From: Alphaproteobacteria bacterium
GTDB taxonomy: Bacteria > Pseudomonadota > Alphaproteobacteria > RF32 > CAG-239
Direction: 5' to 3'
DNA: 64,000 nt
Assembly (NCBI GenBank): GCA_015062305.1
Contig: SUUX01000005.1
Span: 21,741-85,740 of the forward strand
A program made the translations under genes and the position numbers. Positions 57,222-64,000 of the stretch are shown here, in pieces. The notes under the pieces are model-generated. The model was not told the origin of the DNA, did no database searches, and saw nothing but the letters and a program-made list of their open reading frames with translations. How positions within the stretch are numbered: position 1 is the first letter of the stretch; the number at the start of each line of letters is the position of its first letter.

Positions 57222-58263
57222 ATCCTATTACCTCTGCTACGGCTTTGAAGTGTTCTTCTGGTATGGTTTGATCTATTTCGGTTGATGCAAATAATGCACG
57301 AGCCAAAGGAGGGTTTTCTACAATTGGTACTTCATTTTCCTCGGCTATAGCTTTGATTCTTAGAGCAATATTATCTAATCCTTTGGCGGTTACTTTAGGA
57401 GCATCCATTTCTTCCATTTTGTATTCAAGTGCAACTGCGTAGTGCGTTGGGTTTACGATTACAACATCTGCTTTAGGTACTGCTTCCATCATGCGGTGGC
57501 GAGCGCGTTCCATTCTGACTTGTCGGATGCGAGATTTAATGAGAGGGTCACCTTCCATTTGTTTATATTCTTCTTTGACCTCTTGTTTGGTCATACGTAA
57601 TTTTTTGAGGTGAGAATATTTTTGGTATAAATAATCTGCGGCAGCGATAACAAAGACGGCAATAACTACAGTAAATAGTAACAATACCACAATTTTGTGT
57701 ATAAATTCTAATATGCTAATGGTTTCCATTGTGGGCAACAGATCTGCTTTTTTGAGGTATGGTTTTACCACTAAAATAGCGATAAAGGCAATAACGGTTA
57801 TTTTGATAATACCTTTTAAGCTTTCAACAATTTTTTTCATATTTATAAAGTTTGGCAAGGCTGCGAATATGTTTAGCTTATCCCATTTGGGTTCTAGTTT
57901 TTTGGGAGCATAGATAAATCCGGTTTGAGAGATGCTGGCGAATATGCCTAACACAATGAAAATGGCAAAAGGTATGCTTAGTATCTTAAATAATCCTAAA
58001 GATGCATCTTTGAACAAAATTTGAAATGTCTTGGGGGTTACTTGAATTTGTCCGGCATTTTCGATAAAATTGATGCTTAGTTGGTAGTACCATTTGAGCA
58101 TTACAGGCAGAATGAGCCATACGACAAATAACATACCTAAAAGCATGATGAAACTCTTGGTTTCTTGCGAGATGGCAACATCACCTTCTTCTTTGGCCTT
58201 GCTTATTTTGCGTTCGGAAGGTTCTTCGGTTTTGGAGGCTTCATCTTCTTCGGGGGTAACCAT
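57196..58263 (-). CDS. flhB: Flagellar export protein FlhB
   Basis: KTEEPS, KQEVKEEYKQMEGDP, NPTH cleavage motif. Confidence 0.96.
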   Translation of the reverse strand: MVTPEEDEASKTEEPSERKISKAKEEGDVAISQETKSFIMLLGMLFVVWLILPVMLKWYYQLSINFIENAGQIQVTPKTFQILFKDASLGLFKILSIPFAIFIVLGIFASISQTGFIYAPKKLEPKWDKLNIFAALPNFINMKKIVESLKGIIKITVIAFIAILVVKPYLKKADLLPTMETISILEFIHKIVVLLLFTVVIAVFVIAAADYLYQKYSHLKKLRMTKQEVKEEYKQMEGDPLIKSRIRQVRMERARHRMMEAVPKADVVIVNPTHYAVALEYKMEEMDAPKVTAKGLDNIALRIKAIAEENEVPIVENPPLARALFASTEIDQTIPEEHFKAVAEVIGYVMQLKNQ

Positions 58264-58272
58264 ATTGTTCTC

Positions 58273-59043
58273 CTAGTGCAAAAACGGATGAAGCCCCTCA
58301 TCAAAATAATGCATAAACCACATTATAATGATTGGAGTTGTTATAAACAGTAGTCCTAAACCCAAATATATTTGCAAGGGCAAAGAAAGAAAGAAAATAT
58401 TTAATTGTGGCATTAGGCGAGATACTAAACCCATTCCGGTGTAAAAGATGATGGTGAAAGCCACAAAAGGTGATCCTAGTTTGAATCCCATGATGAAAGA
58501 GGCATTTATCATTTTGCTGGTTTGGTTGGCCATATCACCCCATGGCAGAGGTTCTTCTACCGGAAAAAGATAATAGCTATCTACAATGGCCGAAATCATT
58601 AGATGATGAATATCTGTTAGAAAAATAATGGTAATTGCTATGATGCTGAAAAAGGTTTCTACAACAATGCTTTGGGTTTGAGAAGTGGGATCAAAGATCT
58701 GAGCGTTACCAAAGCCAATAGCTTGTCCGGCTAGAGAACCAGCAAGATTTAGTGCATAGTATAGTACTTGCATTATAACTCCTAAGAAAACACCGATAGT
58801 TATTTCTTGCAAAATATAAGTTAACAAGGTGGTGGTGTTTTGAGGCGCTACCGGCAGGCTGGGTGATATAATAGGAATAAGAACAATTGTAAGTGTGAGG
58901 GCTGTGCAGAGCCTAATGTTTATGCTTATGTAAGAACTCATAAATCCCGGCATGAGCATGATTGCAGATCCGAGACGTAAAAACACCATTAGAAATTGGT
59001 ATAAATTTAGGTTTAGAAGTTCTTGCATGAATTTATCCACCAT
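58273..59043 (-). CDS. fliR: Flagellar export protein FliR
   Basis: Hydrophobic; FLRLG, HHLMI, SRLMPQLNIFFLSLP. Confidence 0.93.
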   Translation of the reverse strand: MVDKFMQELLNLNLYQFLMVFLRLGSAIMLMPGFMSSYISINIRLCTALTLTIVLIPIISPSLPVAPQNTTTLLTYILQEITIGVFLGVIMQVLYYALNLAGSLAGQAIGFGNAQIFDPTSQTQSIVVETFFSIIAITIIFLTDIHHLMISAIVDSYYLFPVEEPLPWGDMANQTSKMINASFIMGFKLGSPFVAFTIIFYTGMGLVSRLMPQLNIFFLSLPLQIYLGLGLLFITTPIIIMWFMHYFDEGLHPFLH

Positions 59044-59299
59044 TGGCTATTTTGCTAAACAGTCCTTCGGTAAGAGTTCTCATTTGATTGAGCATAAAGG
59101 GAAAAAGGAGAATGAGAGCAACAAATACACTGATGATTTTGGGAACAAAGGCAAGTGTCATTTCTTGGATTTGGGTAAGTGCTTGGAAGATACCGATTAT
59201 GAGACCGACAAACAGCGCTACCGATAGAATCGGTGTTACTATTTTAAGAAGAGTGAATACGGCGTCTCTGGCTATGTCTAATACTTCTATTTCATTCAT
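59033..59299 (-). CDS. fliQ: Flagellar export protein FliQ
   Basis: GIFQALTQIQEMTLAFVPK. Confidence 0.96.
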   Translation of the reverse strand: MNEIEVLDIARDAVFTLLKIVTPILSVALFVGLIIGIFQALTQIQEMTLAFVPKIISVFVALILLFPFMLNQMRTLTEGLFSKIANGG

Positions 59300-59304
59300 G
59301 ACTG

Positions 59305-60414
59305 TTACTCAAGAGGGGTTTGTTGTTCAAAAAATTTGTGATTTTCTATGCCGGTAAAAAATACTCCGTCATATTTTGACATTATGATATTTTTAAAGTG
59401 TTTGGATAATATTTGTCGCCATTCTTTGCTCCAGTACTCAGCAATATAAGCATTTGGTGTTGTAAATGACGGATGAGCTAACCAATTAGGTGGATTTTCT
59501 TTCCAGTATGGATCCCAAAAAATATCTTGTTCTGATGCTTCAGAGACATTAATATTTGCAATTAATAGGCGCTTTGCTCCATTTTTTTTGTATTTCATTC
59601 TGGCTATGTCTTCGGCAGAAAAAGGGGTGATATTGTGAAATAGGGGGTTGATTACAACAATATCATAGTTGCTATTGGATATTTCATGAACCATTTGTTC
59701 TGCATACAGATAGTGGTTGTCATTTAGAATGAAAGAAATATTTTTGGCTTGCAGAGCATGCTCAATATTACGAGCAGAATCGTTTATAATAGGTTGAGTA
59801 TATGTATTTTGAAAAGATTTGTTTATATCTGTAAAAATGTAAGATGCTTTTTGATCTAAAATAGAACGAGTAATGGCAGCATCTACATCTGCTTTTGAGG
59901 AGCATTGTTCGATACTGAAATGTCCAAGATTATGGTTGATTGTTATGTTGAGTTCTTTACCTTTGCCGCAATATATGTTGTTTAAGACAACAGCATTTAC
60001 GGAGTTGAGATATTTTTGCTCCGGAGATCCGTATGATGGTTCTGTATATTTGTTTTCATCAAAATCAAGAAAAGAAGTGTCATTAACAGATCCGGATTGT
60101 TGTTTTAGTTGGTTGTATTTTTCTTGTGCTTGTTCCCAACCACTTTTGTGTAAAATTTGTTGTCCTTCATGAGTGATAATTTGAAAATTTGGAATATGGC
60201 TTTTGGCATAGTCAATTAGCATTTGCAAATTTGTACGCATTTCTCCTCGATAGTTAATTATTTTATCGGGAAGAAAATTCATATTGATGTTTTGATTATT
60301 GGTGTATGAAGTAGCATTGTTAAAACCATAAAGCCCAATGTCAGCTTGAGCAAGAGAAGCCGACATTAGGATTAGGGTTATTGATGCTAGCTTTGTGAAT
60401 TTAGGTGACAACAT
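59305..60414 (-). CDS. Exported GH114/endo-alpha-1,4-polygalactosaminidase-like protein, probably non-catalytic
   Basis: Signal peptide; YRGEMR...YAK...PNFQII, YDIVVI, KRLLIANINVSEA, W...W....P.WL, YWSKEW, YDGVFF. Confidence 0.6.
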   Translation of the reverse strand: MLSPKFTKLASITLILMSASLAQADIGLYGFNNATSYTNNQNINMNFLPDKIINYRGEMRTNLQMLIDYAKSHIPNFQIITHEGQQILHKSGWEQAQEKYNQLKQQSGSVNDTSFLDFDENKYTEPSYGSPEQKYLNSVNAVVLNNIYCGKGKELNITINHNLGHFSIEQCSSKADVDAAITRSILDQKASYIFTDINKSFQNTYTQPIINDSARNIEHALQAKNISFILNDNHYLYAEQMVHEISNSNYDIVVINPLFHNITPFSAEDIARMKYKKNGAKRLLIANINVSEASEQDIFWDPYWKENPPNWLAHPSFTTPNAYIAEYWSKEWRQILSKHFKNIIMSKYDGVFFTGIENHKFFEQQTPLE

Positions 60415-62020
60415 CTGCTTGGTGTTTTCCTGTTCTTTCGGGAATTTCAGAGATGCTCATAGCAATTTTGAAAATTTCTGTGAGCATTTTAAGTGGATCC
60501 TGTTTAATATCAGAAAGACTGTAGCGTTCCAGATATACACGGATGGTTGCTCCGCTAGAACCAGTGCCTGATAGGCGATATACAATGCGAGAACCATCTG
60601 TAAATTTGACTACTAAGCCATTTTTGGTGGAGCTGAAATCTACAGGGTCATTGTATACAAACGGAAAGGCTTCTGAAACGGTAAATCCTTCTTGAGAATA
60701 CCCTTTGAGTGATGGGAGTTTGTTTTCTATGTTTTCCATAAGTTTGTCGGCAACTGTTGTGTCAACTCCTTCAAAATCAAAGCGAACATAATAGTTACGT
60801 CCGTACTTTTGCCAAAATTCGGTGGTGATGTCTTCTACGGACTTGTTGGTGGCTGCAATGATATTGAGCCAGAATAGTACAGCCCAAATGCCGTCTTTTT
60901 CTCTGATATGAGCCGAACCGGTGCCGAAACTTTCTTCACCACAGAAAGTGATGCGTTTGGAATCCATCAGATTTACAAAATATTTCCATCCGGTAGGTAC
61001 TTCGTAGTATCCGATATTGTGTGCTTGTGCAACTTTTTCTACAGCCGTTGAAGTGGCTGCAGATTTGGCAACACCATAAATGCCATCTTTATAGGCTGGA
61101 ATGTATTTGTAGTTGTCAGTCAAGATTGCTAAGCTGTCACTTGGAGTAACAAAGAATTTTTTGCCCAGAATCATGTTACGATCTCCGTCTCCATCATTGG
61201 CAGCTCCGAAGTCGGCAGCATTATCAGAGAACATAAAGTCTACAAGTTCTTTGGCATATACCATGTTGGGATCTGGGTGGAGACCGCCAAAGTCTGGTAG
61301 GGGTTTGTAGTTTACGACAGAACCTTTGGGAGCTCCTAAAATTTCTTCAAATATGCGCTGAGCATATGGTCCTGTGACAGCGTTCATAGCATCAAAACGC
61401 ATGGTGAAACCAGATTGGAAAAGTTTTTTGATTGAAGCGAAATCAAAAATTTCTTCCATCATTTGAACGTAGTCTTCTACAGGGTCTATGATATCTATAG
61501 ACATACCGCATATCTCCTGATGACCGATTTGTGATAGGTTAATATCTGGTATGTCACAAATTTTATATTCTGATATTTTGGTGGTCTGTTGATATATCGC
61601 ATCACTTACGGAGCTTGGAATCTGGCCGCCGGTATGGTTTGAGTACTTAATGCCAAAATCAGCATTGGGGCCGCCCGGGTTATGTGATGCGGAGAGAATG
61701 AAACCTCCATCTGCCTTGTTTTTGAGGATAATATTAGAGCCAGCAGGGGTCGACATGAAACCATTTTGACCGATTATAAGGTGTGAAACCCCGTTGGCCG
61801 CAGACATCTTGATGATTTTTTGTATTGCAATATCGTTATAAAAGCGGCCATCCCCTCCAACAACAAAAGTTTTGCCGTTAAGATTGCCGATAACATTAAA
61901 AATACTTTGCATAAAATTTTCGACATAGTTGGGTTGCATAACAACCTTTGACTTGCGGCGCAAACCAGCTGTTCCCATCTTTTGGTCTGTGTAAGGGGTG
62001 GTCGAAATTGTTTTTATCAT
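60401..62020 (-). CDS. pgm: Phosphoglucomutase (alpha-D-glucose phosphate-specific)
   Basis: GTAGLR, SASHNPGG, DGDGDR, CGEESFG, RLSGTG. Confidence 0.95.
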   Translation of the reverse strand: MIKTISTTPYTDQKMGTAGLRRKSKVVMQPNYVENFMQSIFNVIGNLNGKTFVVGGDGRFYNDIAIQKIIKMSAANGVSHLIIGQNGFMSTPAGSNIILKNKADGGFILSASHNPGGPNADFGIKYSNHTGGQIPSSVSDAIYQQTTKISEYKICDIPDINLSQIGHQEICGMSIDIIDPVEDYVQMMEEIFDFASIKKLFQSGFTMRFDAMNAVTGPYAQRIFEEILGAPKGSVVNYKPLPDFGGLHPDPNMVYAKELVDFMFSDNAADFGAANDGDGDRNMILGKKFFVTPSDSLAILTDNYKYIPAYKDGIYGVAKSAATSTAVEKVAQAHNIGYYEVPTGWKYFVNLMDSKRITFCGEESFGTGSAHIREKDGIWAVLFWLNIIAATNKSVEDITTEFWQKYGRNYYVRFDFEGVDTTVADKLMENIENKLPSLKGYSQEGFTVSEAFPFVYNDPVDFSSTKNGLVVKFTDGSRIVYRLSGTGSSGATIRVYLERYSLSDIKQDPLKMLTEIFKIAMSISEIPERTGKHQADVVT

Positions 62021-62099
62021 AATAGCTCCTCGATTAAATATTTACTTCAATGTTGCAATTTTAACACTGAAGAGACTAAAAACAAGAACTATTATAAAG

Positions 62100-62900
62100 T
62101 TATGGGCAGATAAACTCAGCTAATTTTTTGATTTCCATTTTTGCGGCAAGGTGAGATATGTTCATCTTGCGGCGTAGTGGTTCTGATTGCATATCTAGGA
62201 CAGTAAGACCGTCTAAAAATAATTCTCTATATATTACACGATCCTTGAGACCTTCGCAAAAACGAAAGCCATATAGCTTGCCCAGTTTTTCTAAGACTTC
62301 AAAAATATAGGCTTTGTTTTTTGATCTGTTAGTCGAGGTCTTGTTGCCACTGATAATCCAGTTGAGGCAAGGTTTGCCTTTGGATGCAAGCTGTTTTTTT
62401 ATTTCCCATACAAATTCTGCATAAGGGCCCGGGGTTTGCAATGCACCACTGGTTGGGTCTATATTGGCAATACTGCTCAAATCGATTAGACTATCTGTTA
62501 TTGGGGTTATTAGAGTATCTGCATATTCATGAGCCGCTTCAAAAAGATAGTTTTTGTGACCGGGAGTGTCAATGATGATAGCATCAACCTTGGGAGCAAT
62601 TTCGTTTATAGTTTCTTTTAATTTTTTTATCTCAGAAGGTATCTGTGAATAATCATTTGTCGGTTCGAATCGGTAATGCAGAGGAATCGGCAAATTAATT
62701 TTGTTGTTGCTGCAGAATTGGCGCCTGTTTTCTATATATTTGGACAAAGATCCTTGGCGTCCATCCAGGTCAATGACAGCAACGGTGTATTTTTCTTGCA
62801 TGAGCTTAACTGCCAAATGCATTGTAAATGTTGATTTTCCTGTGCCACCTTTTTCGTTGCCAATTACAATCATATATGTGGAAGATGTGTTATTTGTCAT
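62100..62900 (-). CDS. mipZ: Division-plane positioning ATPase MipZ
   Basis: GNEKGGTGKST, IDLDGRQ, IDTPG, DRVIYRELFLDGLT. Confidence 0.92.
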   Translation of the reverse strand: MTNNTSSTYMIVIGNEKGGTGKSTFTMHLAVKLMQEKYTVAVIDLDGRQGSLSKYIENRRQFCSNNKINLPIPLHYRFEPTNDYSQIPSEIKKLKETINEIAPKVDAIIIDTPGHKNYLFEAAHEYADTLITPITDSLIDLSSIANIDPTSGALQTPGPYAEFVWEIKKQLASKGKPCLNWIISGNKTSTNRSKNKAYIFEVLEKLGKLYGFRFCEGLKDRVIYRELFLDGLTVLDMQSEPLRRKMNISHLAAKMEIKKLAEFICP

Positions 62901-64000
62901 TGTTTGCTCTCAGCCATTGCTAGTTGTGGAGTTTTTGTCATTGCTACGACTATACAAGATTTGTTTGATCTTTTCAAACTATTACATGTTTTATCCGCTT
63001 CATTTTTTTTGAGGCCTATAATTTTTGAGCGATATATAACTGCGGCACCTTTTTTGGTGGGTTCTATATCTATATCAGCTTGTCTTACAGAGGCAATCTG
63101 AGCTTGTTTGCGGATATTTAGAGCATAAGAACGAGCTTTGGCATAATTGGAGAACGCACCAACTTGAATGCTCCACTTTTTGTTTGCTTGTATTTTTTTG
63201 TTGTGTGTGTGTTGTTTGGGAAGTTCAGCGTAAAGTTTAGGGGCTTCCATTTTGGATGCCAATGTTAGCTTGTTTAAGCCTTTATTCATCATATTGGCAA
63301 TTTGTTTGTCACGACTTTTGATGGTGTTGTGTCCCATGGTTACGGCAATTACGCGATGTCCATTGCGTTGTGCAGATGTGACAATGTTGTAGCCGGCAGC
63401 GTTAGTAAAACCTGTTTTCATGCCATCGGCACCAGCAAAATTTTTGAGCAAGTGATTATGTGTGTAATATGTGCGTCCACCATAAGAAAATTTCTTGGTA
63501 GAAAACAATTTGTAATATTGCGGAAAATGATGATATAGAGCGGCACCTAAAATAGCCATATCTCTTGCGGTGCTTTTTTGTGCTTTGTTGGGCAAGCCAG
63601 AGGCATTTTTGAAAGTCGTACTCTTCATACCGAGTTCTTTTGCCACTTTTGTCATGGTTTGAGCGAATCTTTCTTCGCTGTATCCAAGACCTTCTGCCAA
63701 AACGGTGGCGCAATCATTTGCCGATTTTACAATAAGAGCCATAACAGCATCTTTAACTTTTATTTTTTCTCCGGCTCTAAGACCGAGCTTTGAAGGAGAA
63801 CGATTTGCTGCCGTACGAGAGACTGGCAACATATCTTCCATCTTTATAATGCCTTTATCTAAGGCATTGAAAGTAATATATAGAGTCATCATTTTGGTTA
63901 GAGAAGCAGGATAACGACGTTCATCAGCATTAGATGCGGACAGAACATCTCCTGTTTCGGCATCTATCATTATGGATGATATTGTGCGTTTGGCGGCTTC
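62897..64000 (-). CDS. D-Ala-D-Ala carboxypeptidase (S11) with C-terminal SPOR domain, 5'-truncated by window end
   Basis: PASLTK (SxxK), SAN (SxN), KTG motifs; WSIQVGAF SPOR start; frame open to position 64000. Confidence 0.92.
   Translation of the reverse strand, partial: EAAKRTISSIMIDAETGDVLSASNADERRYPASLTKMMTLYITFNALDKGIIKMEDMLPVSRTAANRSPSKLGLRAGEKIKVKDAVMALIVKSANDCATVLAEGLGYSEERFAQTMTKVAKELGMKSTTFKNASGLPNKAQKSTARDMAILGAALYHHFPQYYKLFSTKKFSYGGRTYYTHNHLLKNFAGADGMKTGFTNAAGYNIVTSAQRNGHRVIAVTMGHNTIKSRDKQIANMMNKGLNKLTLASKMEAPKLYAELPKQHTHNKKIQANKKWSIQVGAFSNYAKARSYALNIRKQAQIASVRQADIDIEPTKKGAAVIYRSKIIGLKKNEADKTCNSLKRSNKSCIVVAMTKTPQLAMAESKQ

Overview
Core chromosomal segment of an AT-rich, apparently genome-reduced and fermentative alphaproteobacterium (Rhodospirillales-like, inferred from GcrA, CckA, MipZ, HdaA, FlaF and gene order). 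It contains PFOR, pta-ackA, nagAB, pgm, tRNA-Gly(CCC), the rpoZ-spoT-acpS-lepB-rnc-era operon, a sigma54 flgFGAH operon, lolE/D, rpmI-rplT-pheST, uvrD, a TPR-MoxR-DUF58 locus, tandem Ppx/GppA genes, a dcw cluster and fliQ-fliR-flhB-cckA. No prophage, IS or CRISPR array was seen. Most striking: (1) the dcw cluster reads mraY-ftsW-murG-murB-ftsQ-ftsA-ftsZ, with the peptide-stem ligases murD, murC and ddl cleanly absent from their slots and murE/murF absent upstream, while the retained enzymes keep their motifs; (2) a structured non-coding region after flgH shows three CCCCAAU anti-Shine-Dalgarno motifs, one with 13-nt perfect complementarity to the flgF ribosome-binding site, next to a tandem two-domain FlaF; (3) apparent pseudoenzymes (a GH114-like protein directly upstream of fliQ, and an MsrA with a remodelled active site); (4) a tandem palindromic RPE-like element at the end of era. 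Gene identities come from motif recognition only; no database searches were run.
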